Under the pieces are notes generated by a model that worked only from the letters and a program-made list of their open reading frames with translations, made no database searches and had not been told where the DNA came from. Positions 12,976 through 26,876 of a DNA stretch of 64,000 bases are shown here, piece after piece. The position numbers were made by a program, and so were the translations under genes. Numbering within the stretch: position 1 is the first letter of the stretch; every line of letters starts with the position of its first letter. The stretch is from Octopus vulgaris (taxonomy: Eukaryota): the NCBI GenBank assembly GCA_951406725.2, contig OX597833.1, positions 17,546,001-17,610,000 on the forward strand, read 5' to 3'.

Positions 12976-14308
12976 TACATTCCAGCGATGAAGCATGGTA
13001 TCTTTGTTAGGAACCAGCTCCTTCCTTACAGGAGGATTTCAAATAATTGAAAACAGAAGAGAACAATCGCACACAGACACACACACACACACACACGTAC
13101 ATGTACATGTATGTAGCTAAATCATTATATGTATATTTATATGCATAGATGACTATCTATTCATGTTCTAAGTTCTTTAATTAAGACGTCGAAATATGAG
13201 CAATTACAACAGAACGACGCACAGACAGCCCACGTAACACTTTAGAATTGATGATGATCTTTTCAAAAGGTAACCTAAGCACAATAGACTCCAAACTGGT
13301 CACGGTTGAAAGCCATACACCATGAGGTTTAATTTGATACGTTAGATAAATATCCCAGCTAATAGCTTGCATCGAAGCGTGCCTTTACAACGATTTTGCA
13401 TTAAACTACATGTTTCTTATAGCTTAGGCTACGGGATAAACAACAAAATGAGCGGTTGATACTCTATGATTTAATAATAATTAATTAACTATACATATGT
13501 TATATAAACACAAACAAAATATAAAAGACAACCAGATGTATGAATTAAAATATTCAATCTTTCCGCTTTTTTCCTAGCTCAAAAAACCAAAAGATAATAA
13601 AAAAAATCGGAAATCAGGAAATGAAAAAAAATGAACATAAAAATAATCATGAAAATAGAATATTTCGTTCGAGGAATAACTAGAAGATGATATCGAGATT
13701 TAACTGACTCTCGTATGATATTTCAGTCGTTTTAGACGACTAACTAATAAATGGCGAGTCTTAGACGAGTCCAAAGTAAATGCGTTTTAACTTTTTTGTG
13801 CTGGATGTCTGATAGAAACGCTTATTTACGTACAGAGCATATAATTGGCTGATGGGATGGGAGGAACGCATCTGCTCTAAATATATAACATATCTAGTTA
13901 CTAAGGCGGCAAGTCCTGCTGAGATATCAGAATACACCCACTCAGACTACAGCGCCACCCAGTATTCAACTTGGTAATTAAATGTATTGAAGATACGCTG
14001 AGTTGAGTTACTACAGTTGCTATAGTTACCTACGTTGAATTAGAGGCTATCAGGTAATTCTTTTCTTTCTCTCTCAATCTTTTTCTCATCCACTTTACCT
14101 TCAATTTATTACTTGGACGTAAACGTTGACTCAAGTTTTATTTTCTTAACTGTAGGAGTAATTAATTAGGTTAGGGAGATTCTGCTACTTAGAACCGTAA
14201 ATACTGCAATAGGATCTTTTATATAAATAGTGAAAATATACATACACGGAGATCACTATACGCTATTATACGTATATTGTTGTGTGTGCCTACGTGTGTG
14301 TGTGTGTG

Positions 14309-14340
<32 letters not shown>

Positions 14341-14396
14341 AATATATATAGATATATATATATCTATGTATGTATATATATATGTATATATGTATG

Positions 14397-14428
<32 letters not shown>

Positions 14429-14562
14429 CGTATGTGCGTATTTGTGCAAGTGTATGCATGCACTCATGTGTATATACATACAGACATACATAAATACATA
14501 CATACATACATACGTACGTACGTACATACGTACATACATACATACATACATACATACATACA

Positions 14563-14593
<31 letters not shown>

Positions 14594-15450
14594 CAACTTA
14601 AATACACAACCGAAAGAGCTAGTAATAGTTTCATGCTTTTGTGATACTTGAGCAGGCATATTTATAAAATACACTATGTATCTTAAAGCAATCTGTTTAT
14701 AAGTTATATACATTTTTAAAAAAAAGGACGCTGGACAGTAAGAAATTAAGAAAAAGACTGAGATAAAACGCGACGAAAGTTGGTGCAAAAAAATGGAACG
14801 AGAAAAACAAAGAAGCGAAATCAAGAAAACGAAGATCCTTGTCCTTGATTGCAGAAAATTCATTAAATACAACTGACATAGAACAAAATAACAGAAAATA
14901 TGTCAGTCTGCGTGAAAACAACTCGATCAGGAGCGCTTGGTGGTGCCCTCCAGTTTGATAAAAGAAACTTGTCAATGTGTCTACACCTGCTAAAAATATC
15001 AGATCTGGAATTAAGCGGTGTGTTGGAATTGTTGGATCCAAGAAAAATATGAAATATTTCTGCTACGCATAAGTTGCATTTCTTAAACCAATTAACATAT
15101 AGTTAAGAGAAATAATTCAGAATGGCCAGTTGCATTGCATGTATGATATACCAATGAAGAAAAGTTTGATTAAGGTAAAGGACAAGACGACAATTGCGAA
15201 CACGTGTTCAGTACAAGTTCAGAACATGTGTTCAGTACATACACACAGTGATATACATATACATATGTGCGTATGTGTATGTAAGGGATAGAGAAGGAGA
15301 GAGAAAGGGGGGACTGTAAGTATGCATACATATACAAGCAAATGGATGCGCGTTTTGCATTCATACTCACTTGCATATGCGCACATGAGTGCACCCCCAA
15401 ACACACACATATATATATATACAGATATACACGCGTGAGCACACAACTAT

Positions 15451-15543
<93 letters not shown>

Positions 15544-15823
15544 TATATATGTATATATATGTATATATTTGTTAAAAAATTAAGAGATGTTAAAATGTAG
15601 GAGAATTCTCTTACATTTAAACATCTTCTATTCTCTCTTTTTAACGAATTTTTTGAGTATTATGGGAATCCTTCCCATAAATTCACATAACACACCATAT
15701 ACAAGTATTATTTTCATATTCGCAAACTTACGCCAATAAGCTACCAGCAAACTATGAAGAATTTATATTAGAAATCTTTTTGGGAATCCTCCAAATTAAA
15801 GGACGAATCATATTCAACCTTTT

Positions 15824-15889
<66 letters not shown>

Positions 15890-15893
15890 TTAC

Positions 15894-15924
<31 letters not shown>

Positions 15925-15932
15925 CATATGTA

Positions 15933-16160
15933 AAATAAAATACAAAATGGGACAAGAACGCAAAACATCCGCAAAACAACTAGGTGATACAAAAGGGGTC
16001 AACAAAACATCCAGATAGACGATACAAAAAGACACGGACGGGTCATTCGAAGCCTTTTATCTTCAGTCAAGAACCGGATCATCCTCGCAATTTCGACTGA
16101 TTAATCTTGAGATTGCTCCAATCTGGCCAGCCCCAAGGAAAAACTAAGCTAAGAGCATTA
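15933..16160 (-). repeat. Inverse copy of the 9577-9756 repeat
   Basis: Reverse-complement identity plus a ~45 bp internal addition; flanked by (TA)n. Confidence 0.75.
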
Positions 16161-16389
16161 TATATATATACAGATATATATATACATATATATATATACA
16201 TATACATATATGGACAAAAAAATGGGAATATCACTTTTTATTCAATTTTTTTTCTGTTGCCAATATGTCAAATTCAGAACTGTTCTATTTTGCGTATATG
16301 GTGGTCACATGCTCTATGTATGCTTTGTACTTCATGATATAACTTTCTGTTTTACTTTTATTTACTTTTTTCAGATATTTATATTTAAA

Positions 16390-16812
16390 TGAGCGTGACC
16401 TGCTAGATTTCCAATGAGGATAAATCGATGGAGCACGGATGGCTGAAGCTTCAGTTATTAAGACTGCTGGAATGCTTTATGCTTCGTAAAGTACAGTTCC
16501 TAAAATCATTTTGGCATTCCAAAACTAAGATAAAATCCAACCGTAACAAGTAAAAATAGCATTTAAACTTCCAAAAATGAATGGCTCAATGGACAATGCC
16601 ATGTTCTCTGAGGAATCATCAATCATCCATTTTCCCCACTTCGGAGCTAGTTTATGTCTGGAGACAGCCCATAGAACCCTCCAAACTTGTGTAGCTCTCG
16701 CCGTGAAGCATGGCGGTGAGTCTGTGGTGATGTGGGCAGCCATGTCGCAGAATTCTCTTGGCTCTTTAGACGTTCTACAGTGTAGAATTAATGCTAAGGA
16801 TTATTTATATAT
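16390..16812 (+). pseudogene. Decayed Tc1 transposase
   Basis: DLLDFQ*G*IDGARMAEASVIKTA..STVPK resembles the Tc1 HTH N-terminus. MFSEESS and VKHGGESVVMWAAMS..RINAKDY match the WSDES and VKHGGGSVMVW motifs. Internally deleted, with stop codons. Confidence 0.85.
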
Positions 16813-16933
16813 ATAATATATATATACATATATATTTATAAAAAGTGTAGGTGGTATACGAGTGGGTATATATTTATGAAAAAAGGTTTTTTGAAAACGC
16901 CACTATATAAGATAAATTTAAATTTTTTTTGAG

Positions 16934-16981
16934 ATTTTACATGTTTCGGTTCTTCTTGAAAAAACGAACCTTATCAAAAAT
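16934..16981 (-). ncRNA. Hammerhead motif, U3-A8 variant (left arm)
   Basis: Exact reverse complement of 17133-17180. Confidence 0.62.
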
Positions 16982-17132
16982 ATTTTTAACTTTCACGATT
17001 ACAGTCAACGATTCTAGTCAACGCACACAAGACATTATGTTCCCTCTCCACACAAAACACCACCACGTGGACTCTGTTGAGACTAGTAGGAAACAATTAT
17101 GAACTTTTTTATTACACTTAACTTTTAAAAAT

Positions 17133-17180
17133 ATTTTTGATAAGGTTCGTTTTTTCAAGAAGAACCGAAACATGTAAAAT
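17133..17180 (+). ncRNA. Hammerhead motif, U3-A8 variant (right arm)
   Basis: ATTT-TTGATAA-GGTTC-(13 nt)-GAACC-GAAA-CATG-TA-AAAT. Confidence 0.62.
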
Positions 17181-17233
17181 TGTTAAGAAAATTAAAATTT
17201 ATCTTATATAGTGGCGTCTTCAAACTTCCTTTT

Positions 17234-17331
<98 letters not shown>

Positions 17332-17542
17332 CAGAGAGACAGACAGACAGACAGACAGAGTGAAAGGGAGACAGAGAGAGATAGACAGACAGACATGTTA
17401 TATATACGTATATATACAAACATGTACAGATCTATGCATGTATACACACGCACGCATCGCGCGCGCACACCAAGTAGTTGCTTTGAGGTGTATTCTATTA
17501 TTGTTTGCTTGCCATCTTACTGGGTGTGGGTTCCAAACATAA

Positions 17543-17585
<43 letters not shown>

Positions 17586-18485
17586 TACATATAATATACA
17601 TATACATATACATGTACATGTACATATATACATGTGTGTGTATGTGTGTCTGTAAACCACTCCTACAAAATTGGCGAGTAAGTAATGATATGATAGGCCC
17701 CAAGCAACCACTTAGTGAGTTAGGAGTTTTACAAAAGAAAAACAAAAGAAATCTCTTGAGAAACTGTCCTAAGAATGATAAAACAATCAACGCAAGAAAT
17801 TTAAAGACTTGGGATGATATTTATGAGAGGGCCGAAAAGGAAGAGGGTTTCACGGGATAGAAATTCGAAGAAAGAAACTTCTGGAGTAGAAATACAGGAA
17901 GGAGCAACAACTATGGTGAAAGTATGAAAACTAGCAGAAAAGTGAATGAAACTTATACAGATGAAGAATTCGCTCAGAGTAAAAATAATTCTTGCTTATT
18001 TTGGTACAAGGTCAACAATTTGAGGAGCGGTGGGGCAAGTTAATTTCTTTGACCCCTGGGCTCAACTGGTACTGGTATTTATTTTATTAACCTTGATAGG
18101 GTCCTCGGTGGAATTTGAGTTCACTCGGAGTAAAAATAATGTCGAGTTCAATAAAGAGAACCATCTTTCATAGAGGTTGATTTAGTCGAAGGACTAATTT
18201 GGTAATTCCAAGCAAGATCTGCAGAGTAGGTTCGACATAAAAGACAATTCCAGTCTTCGTCATTTACGTTGAACTTATTCGGCAGGAAGATGAGTGTCAG
18301 ATACAGAAATATCACCAGTGCCTTGTAAAAAAAATGTTAGTTTTCGTTCATTCGAAAGAAATTAACCACTGAGTACTCTGATCAGCAACCGTATACTGTT
18401 CAAGCTATAGAGAACCAAGTATTTTCACTCGAGCAGACCAATCAGACTTTTCATCCGAAAAAGAATACGAAAGTATATACGTCTC

Positions 18486-18865
18486 TCTTTTACTCTTTCA
18501 CTTGTTTCAGTCATTTGACTGTAGCAATGCTGGAGTACCGCCTTTAGTCGAGCAAATCACCCCACGACTTATTCTTTGTAAGCCTAGTACTTATTCTAGC
18601 GGTTTCGTAACCGCTAAGTTACGGGGACGTAAACACACCAGCATCGGTTGTCAAGCGATGTGGTGGTGGTGGTGGGGGGACAAACACAAACACACAAACA
18701 TATTCACACATATACATATATACGACGGGCTTCTTTCAGTTTCTGTCTACCAAATCCACTCACTATAGTAGGACACAGTTGCCCAAGGTGTCACGCAGTG
18801 GAACTGAACCAGGAACCATTTGGTTCGTAAACAAGCTACTTACCTCACAGCCACTCCTACGCCTA
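18486..18865 (-). mobile_element. SINE family A
   Basis: Matches the consensus with small deletions. Confidence 0.88.
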
Positions 18866-19399
18866 TATGTATATAAGAATATACATATATTTAAAAATAT
18901 GTATATAAAATGTAGATCTTTTTATTATATATCTAAATTAAATATCCTTGTCAAGTATTGCCAAACCGTTTACCTTTTCATTGCTGTTATAATCCAGACA
19001 TACTGGCTCAAGGAGAGGCCACTTCTAGCCGCTTTAAAAAGGCAGTCACAAAATCACATGCTTAACTGCAGTTCAAACCGGAATTTTAGTGGCACTCAGA
19101 GCACAGTGTGAGCACTCAGAGTGCATACTTATTAGTTTGAGTCACCCTAACGAAAACTCCTCGTATCTTATATACTGAGTATATAAGAATATACATATAA
19201 TGTATACTTGTATATAAGGATATACATATATTACATATATATGTATATATGAATGCAAAATATACATTTATATAAGAACAAAAGTATATGTGTATATAAG
19301 AATGTACATATATTGTATATATGTATATAAGAATATATATTCTCATAGAAATAGTATATGTTCGGATATAAGAAAATCGTCAGGGAAATTCAGAGGGGA

Positions 19400-19790
19400 A
19401 TTAGGGTAGCTGAACAATGACAAAACATTGACGACAACTTTTTCAGTAATAACACAAGGAAAGCATTCCAAGAAGCAAAAGATCTCACCAAAGAAGTTAA
19501 ACCGAAAATAAACACCATCAAAGATAAAACTGGAGTGGAGAAGCTTGTAGAAAGAAAAATGATGGAATGATGGATACAAATACCACAGCAGCAGAGATCC
19601 TAGCGTGCTGAGCGATGAGGAATCTTCCAATAATAATTACTGCCTAATCGTGTAAGAGGAAGTCAAAGCTGCAGTCCCTGAAAGGCAGAAAGTCGGTAGA
19701 AATCGACAGCTTCACTGCTGAACCGCTGAAGCATGGAGAAGAAACCAAAAGTTATATCATACCAAAAAAAAAAATGAGAGATCAAAAGAA
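19400..19790 (+). pseudogene. RTE-clade LINE ORF remnant (EN-RT linker)
   Basis: NNTRKAFQEAKDLTK, IKDKTG, and EEVKAAV..LKGRKSVEIDSFTAEPLKHGEE, which resembles EEV.AA...K.GKSPG.D.IPAELLK.GG. Confidence 0.7.
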
Positions 19791-20040
19791 ATATCATTAC
19801 GATCCTCTGCTGTGAAATCTAGCAGACTGTGAATGCTGTGTGTGTAAGTATTATGTATGTATGTATGTATGTATGTATGTATGTATGTATGTATGTATGT
19901 ATGTATGTATGTATGTATGTATGTATGTATGTATGTATGTATATGTAATTATATATATGTAAGTATAAATATGCGTTTGCGTGCATGTGTATGTTTATAG
20001 ATAGATAGACAGATAGATAGATAGATAGATAGATAGATAT

Positions 20041-20247
20041 ACTCTTTTACTTGTTTCAGTCATTTGACTGTGGCCATGCTGGAGCACCGCCTTTAGTCGA
20101 GCAAATCGACCCCAGGACTTATTCTTTGTAAGCCTAGTACTTATTCTATCGGTCTCTTTCGCCGAACTGCTAAGTGACGGCGACATAAACACACCAGCAT
20201 CAGTTGTCAAACGATGTTGGGTGATAAACACCGAGACACAAACGTAT

Positions 20248-20332
<85 letters not shown>

Positions 20333-20487
20333 TACGACGGGCTTCTTTCGGTTTCCGTCTACCAAATCCACTCACAAGGCTTTGGTCGGCCCGAAGCTAT
20401 AGTAGAAGACACTTGCCCAAGGTGCCACGCAGTGGGACTGAACCCGGAACCATGTGGTTAGTAAGCAAGCTACTTACCACACAGCCA

Positions 20488-20490
<3 letters not shown>
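20041..20490 (-). mobile_element. SINE family A, near full length
   Basis: Close consensus match with an expanded internal (CA)/(TA) tract. Confidence 0.92.
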
Positions 20491-20558
<68 letters not shown>

Positions 20559-20866
20559 ATACACACAAAACGCTCCGGGTGAAATTGACTGCGGATTTTA
20601 ATTTTCCTTTCGAATTTTAGATACGAATGAAGTTTCTATTTCCATTGTTGGTCTTCACTTCATTCAGCTGCTTATTACATTTTATTTTTTTAGAATTATC
20701 TCTGATATAATTCCAGCTCTAACTTAATCTAATACATTTACAAGGAGAAACCATTCTAGATGCTTCGTATAATTTATTGTACATTCTGTCCTGCTCTCAT
20801 ATTTCCAGAGAAAAAGACATATGGTGAAACATATGGCAAAAGATAACGAATGATAGTAATCGCTCA

Positions 20867-20956
<90 letters not shown>

Positions 20957-21496
20957 GTGTGTATGTGTGTGTGTGTGTGTGTGTGCGTGTGTGTGTTATG
21001 TTGGGCGTTCCTCGTAATTCATTCACCTATTCCTGTCTGATTATCACTTTTCAGGAAGGCATAAATGTATATAAAAATGCAGTTTATGACATCGAATTCA
21101 CATGGTTACTAGGTGACTGACGTTTTGACTAATTGGTTCCCTTTCAGGGGTCGGTAAAATAAATATCAGTTGAATGCTGGGGGTCGATGTAATCGATAAG
21201 CCGCTTCCTCTCAAAAACTATTGGTCTTATGAAACCATCGTTGCGAAAATAATTCAAATCTTTAAGAAATATATACAAGTACACTGTTACAAACACATGT
21301 AGAAATGCATGCGTTTGCACTTTCGCACACATAACGCACACATATATAATCACATACACATATATAAGGCACACACACATATATAACATATACATATATA
21401 TAACGGACACATACATATATACATAACGTACATATGTATAAGGCAGATGTTGATATATAACTTACACGCACATGTGATGCACACACATACACATAG

Positions 21497-21667
21497 ACTC
21501 AGGAGTGGCAGTGTGTTAAGAAGCTTGCTTAGCAACCACATGGTTCCGGGTTCAGTCCCACTGCGTGACACCTTGGGTAAGTGTTTTCAACTATAGCCTC
21601 GGGTCGACGAAAGCCTTATGAGTAGATTTATTAGATGGAAACTGAAGGAAGACTGTTGTATATATAT

Positions 21668-21748
<81 letters not shown>

Positions 21749-21918
21749 TGTGTCTGTGTTTGTCTCCTCAACATCGCTTGACAACCGATGCTGGAGTGGC
21801 TGGTTCCGGGTTCAGTTCCACTGCGTGGCACCGTGGGCAAGTGTCTTCTGTTATAGCCTCGGGTCGACCAAAGTCTTTTGAATGTATTTGGTAGACGGAA
21901 ACTGAAAGAATCCCGTCG

Positions 21919-21977
<59 letters not shown>

Positions 21978-22172
21978 CTGTGTGTGCCCGCCTACCATCA
22001 CGTGATAACCAAAGCTGGTATGTTTACGTCACCGTAACTTAGCGGTTCGGCAAAAGAGTCTGATCGAATAAGTACTAGGCCTGCAAAGAATAAGCCCTGG
22101 AGTCGATTTGCTCGACTAAAGGCGGTGCTCCAGCATGGTCGCAGTCAACTGCCTGAAACAAGTTAAAAGAAT
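21497..22172 (+). mobile_element. SINE family A partial dimer
   Basis: The first copy runs to ACCGATGCTGG (~21794), then restarts at GGAGTGGCTG/GTTCCGGG and continues to the tail. Confidence 0.85.
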
Positions 22173-22189
22173 ATTAACGCGCACACTTT

Positions 22190-22406
22190 CGGAAGGGTGC
22201 TGAAAAGTTCCTGACTTTAAAGGTGTCGTGAAAGGCCATGCTGGAGGCCCAACCTTCCGAGTTCTTTAACAGGACTTAGAAAAACTGAAGGGCCGCTATA
22301 ATAAGTGTGTGAATCTGTAAGGGGGACATGTTGGATAAAGTTGGAATTAACTGATCCCCTTATATTTTCCTTTATCCAAAGCCGGGATCTTTTCAAAACC
22401 TTTTCG
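22190..22406 (-). mobile_element. Mariner-type MITE
   Basis: Reverse orientation of the 9012 family; TIRs degenerate. Confidence 0.8.
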
Positions 22407-22479
22407 TATATATAACGCATATGCATATATAACGGACACACACACACATATTACACACCCACGCATAACGAACGAACGA

Positions 22480-22632
22480 ACGCACGCACGCATACATACA
22501 TATAACGCACATGCACATATGACGCGCGCACACACACGCACATGCATACATACACACACATAACGCACACACACACACATACATATAACGCACATGCACA
22601 TATGACGCACACACACACACACGCACATGCAT

Positions 22633-22663
<31 letters not shown>

Positions 22664-22980
22664 TATAACGCACATGCACATATGACGCACACACACACAC
22701 ACGCACATGCATACATACACACACATAACGCACACACACACACACATACATATAACGCACATGCACATATGACGCACACACACACACACGCACATGCATA
22801 CATACACACACATAACGCACACACACACACACATACATATAACGCACATGCACATATGACGCGCACACACACACGCACATGCATACATACACACACATGA
22901 CACGCACACACACACGCACATGCACACATACACACACATAACGCACACACACACATACATATAACGCACATGCACATATG

Positions 22981-23021
<41 letters not shown>

Positions 23022-23262
23022 TATAACGCACATGCACATATGACGCGCACACACACACGCACATGCACACATACACACACATAACGCACGCACACACATA
23101 CATATAACACACATGCACATATGACGCACATACACACACGCACATGCACACATACACACACATAACGCACACACACATATATATATAACGCACATGCACA
23201 TATGACGCGCACACACACACGCACATGCACACATACACACACATAACGCACGCACACACATA
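22480..23262. repeat. Compound minisatellite, ~80 bp unit, ~10 copies
   Basis: Recurrent CATACATATAACGCACATGCACATATGACGC(AC)nGCACATGC...CATAACGC. Confidence 0.9.
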
Positions 23263-24043
23263 TGTAATGCACTTACAAATATAACACACGTGCACTTATA
23301 TGCGCATGTGTATGTTTTCTTTTACTTCGTGTATGTGTGTGTGAGAGAGAGAGAGAAAAAGAGAGAGAGAAAGAGAGAGAGACAGAGAGAGACAGAGACA
23401 GAGAAAGAGAAAGAAAGGGATAGAGTTGTTAGTTGTGTGTAACCCATGCGTTTGATTATTAAACCATTCTTCGCTTGTAACTTCCACTCCTTCGCCTTCA
23501 ACCAGGCTATGTCATCCCAGTGGCTGTTTCCGGAGTTAATAACCCGTACATTGCCCTCACAACCTTTTCGTGTTTTCATTCCACATACTTCAGTATCCAC
23601 ACCCTCTTTATTTTTCTTCTTTTCTTCGTCATATCTTCATTTCCAGTGCTAAGATCTGTTAGCAAAAACATCATAATTGTTCCGCTTCTATGACGTTTGC
23701 TCTGTTTTACCATCGCAACAACTGTTTTTAATAACCAACAATGTCATTAGGCCTCCATCACCAAGGTACATTGGGTCCGTTACGAAGATAAGGCAAATGT
23801 CCGCCTAGATAACAAAGATAGCTCTAAATTAACGCTAACTTCACTATCCTGGCAATGAACTACATTACTTATTAACCACTGTTTTAACGCTAACAGTATT
23901 TATTACGGAGATGTACTTGCGTAGCAAGTGACTTGATCTGAGATCGTGTGCTGAAACGAAAACAATTGCAGCGTGGAAGGTGTTTGTAAGCCATTTAAGA
24001 AACACACAAAAGCCGTTCGATTTACTTCAACATTTAAGTTTAA

Positions 24044-24094
24044 TTTGTCAAAATATTTTCGTCGCTTTAAGACCGCGACCTGTTCACTGACAAA
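24044..24094 (-). ncRNA. Hammerhead motif, G3-C8 variant
   Basis: Minus strand reads TTTGTCA-GTGAACA-G-GTCGC-GGTCTTAAA-GCGAC-GAAA-ATAT-TT-TGACAAA. Stem I is a perfect 7 bp, stem II 5 bp, stem III palindromic. Confidence 0.72.
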
Positions 24095-24399
24095 AATCCA
24101 GCACACCAACACCAAGACACATTAAGTTATGTAGATAAGACAGCCGTCTCCTTACGAAAGTCTTTTATCTTTATTTAAGATGTTCATAAGATTGTCTTCA
24201 ATGTCTAGGCTTGTTTTCGAACTTTTAGTTAGCCCTTGTTTTATACGCTCCTTTCAAATGTCTCAAGTTACTCAGGTGGTTGAAAAAAAGTTGATAATGT
24301 GCTGAAAATGTGTTGATAATGTGTTGATATGATGTATGAATGCCGGGGAAACATGATGTACACGGGACAGGCAATGGGTTAAGCCCGAGGACTCTTGAG

Positions 24400-24587
24400 G
24401 CCGGTTACTTGTAATTCAAAAGGCCAGTCTAGTCACATTCTGAATCACGCTCATTCTCCCTGATAACTACGTTAAGCGTACTTGTATCTGTGATATACTC
24501 AGCCACTTGCACGTTAATTTCACAAGCAGGCTGTTCCGTTGATCGGATCAACTAGAACACTCGTCGTCGTAACCGACGGAGAACCAG
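24400..24587 (+). mobile_element. SINE family D, 3' part
   Basis: Matches 59230-59407 (CTCAGCCACTTGCACGTTAATTTCAC...CTCGTCGTCGTAACCGACGGAG). Confidence 0.8.
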
Positions 24588-25043
24588 TAAGATTACTGTC
24601 CACAATTAAACCATCCAAGTCATTGATATTATTTGACGTTACAGGAAGCTCTCCCGAGGGAATAGAAAATGGCTGTTTAGCATTTAAGTTAGCCATATCT
24701 GGCCTAACTGTTATACATCTTTCTTGTTCAAACTAAACAGATCTAGCCCCTCACACCTACCCTACAAGGTCATTGTAAAAAGAATCACTCACATAATTGA
24801 AATTTCGCAGCTACGAGATAATGCAGGATTAATTCGACAGAGTAATCTAAATGCAATACGATTAAGTATTTTCTCTTTTCCGAAGTGGAAAACTGCAAAT
24901 TTTGACTCGTTTAACAACATTTAGGGGCGGGGCGGGATTCATCGAATCACAGAACATATATCGGACTGAAGGTCTTGTTTCGTTTCATACGGTATTGAAT
25001 TTTTCAAAGGCTAAGGTTTATATATATGTTATTTTATTTGGTG

Positions 25044-25115
25044 AGGTTTACAAACGTCATTTATGTAATTATTGATTAAAAGTGGGCCCAATACGGTTCC
25101 TTGAATCACACCTGT
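25044..25115 (-). pseudogene. CR1/L2-type LINE reverse transcriptase fragment
   Basis: TGVIQGTVLGPLLINNYINDV resembles SGVPQGSVLGPLLF..YINDL. Confidence 0.7.
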
Positions 25116-25191
25116 AAGTTTTCTTTCTTTCTATCTCTGTATCTCACTCTCCCTCACTCTCTCTCTCTCTCTCACTCTATCTATCTATATA

Positions 25192-25244
<53 letters not shown>

Positions 25245-26060
25245 TGTTGTACCACTATTCTATAATTATACATATATATGTGTGTGTGTGTGGGTGTATG
25301 TATGCATGTATAAGTGTAAATATGTATATGTTTGTGTATTCGTTGAAATATTGAAACTATAAAAATATTCTAACAAAGTACGTACTCACTCGTACGCACA
25401 TGAGAACGTACGTATTCATTCTCTCTCCCTCTCTTTCTCTCTTTCTCTTTCTCTCTCTTTCTTTCTTTCTTTCTTTCTTACACACACACACACACATTTT
25501 TCAAGATATGTGTACAGGAAAAGGATACCTATAATATTTCCTTATGTAGGAATACATACATTTTTATGCCCATACATACATACATACATACATACATACA
25601 TACATACATAAAAAAAATCCCCCAAAAAAACCTCTTACACGTTTCTTTCTTGTGTCACAAAATACACAAGATCCGAAAAAGCGAAAATACACAGATATCA
25701 TTTTCTTTCCTATAAGTTTATGCAAAACCTTTTGGGAACTATTACTATAATATTTGGTTGACGAATGAGTTTCAAGCTAAGTAATTACTGGTTAAAAAAA
25801 TCTTCCTTTATGTAATTTGAGAATATTCACTTTCTATTTTTTTAATGGCGTCTCATTTCACTAAGAATATCCATTGTCGGAATAGGATATATCTTACCTC
25901 TCTGCTTTGGATAATTAAATATGCAAAGAAGGAAAGACGGAAAGAAATAAGTTTTGCCTGTGTAAAAATAGCCTCCCTCGGCTAATCAGCTATTTGGTCG
26001 AATTACCTTTTTCTGAAATACAAAATATCTTTAATGCTACATATGTATACATATACGTAT

Positions 26061-26172
<112 letters not shown>

Positions 26173-26318
26173 GTCTGTATATATCCGTTTTGTGTTGGGT
26201 ACCGGAAGAATGAGTACCCGGTGCCATAGTAGAGATTAAATTCAGAATAGCAAGAGACTGACTCGACTAAAATAATATATGGATATATATCTGTGTGTGT
26301 GTATAAGCATGTATGTAA

Positions 26319-26356
<38 letters not shown>

Positions 26357-26429
26357 GTGTACGTATGTGTGTGCATGCATGTGTGTATACATACATGAAT
26401 GTATACATAAATTCATACATACATACATA

Positions 26430-26528
26430 GTTAATCCTAACATGCACAAAGAGAAAACACAACAACGCGAGGACGTGGAACAAGTCTAGTGTTGTTGGAC
26501 GCTCAGGAAAGGAAAGAAAGAAGGAGGA
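26430..26528 (-). repeat. Truncated copy of the HHR-bearing repeat at 55945-56160
   Basis: Reverse complement of ~56052-56155; ends just before the hammerhead core. Confidence 0.75.
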
Positions 26529-26532
26529 TTTG

Positions 26533-26689
26533 CATACATACATACATACATACATACATACATACATACATACATACATACATACACGCACACATACATA
26601 CATACACACACACACATACATACACACACACACACATACATACATACATTCATACCTACATACATACATACATACATACATACATACAT

Positions 26690-26720
<31 letters not shown>

Positions 26721-26759
26721 TACATACATACACACACATACATACATACACACACACAT

Positions 26760-26792
<33 letters not shown>

Positions 26793-26845
26793 TACATACA
26801 TACATACACACACACATACATACATACATACACACACACATACAT

Positions 26846-26876
<31 letters not shown>

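Larger units (their letters stand above)
16890..17224. repeat. ~100 bp inverted repeat (16890-16988 / 17126-17224); each arm carries a hammerhead motif
   Basis: Arms are reverse complements, spacer ~137 bp; the right arm abuts (TA)n. Confidence 0.9.

Noticed and set aside
14740-14960. LINE RT C-terminal remnant (KTKILV..IEQ..KY)
   Set aside because: The similarity is too weak to call. The same applies to the CR1-like scraps near 17820-17890 and 27420-27700.
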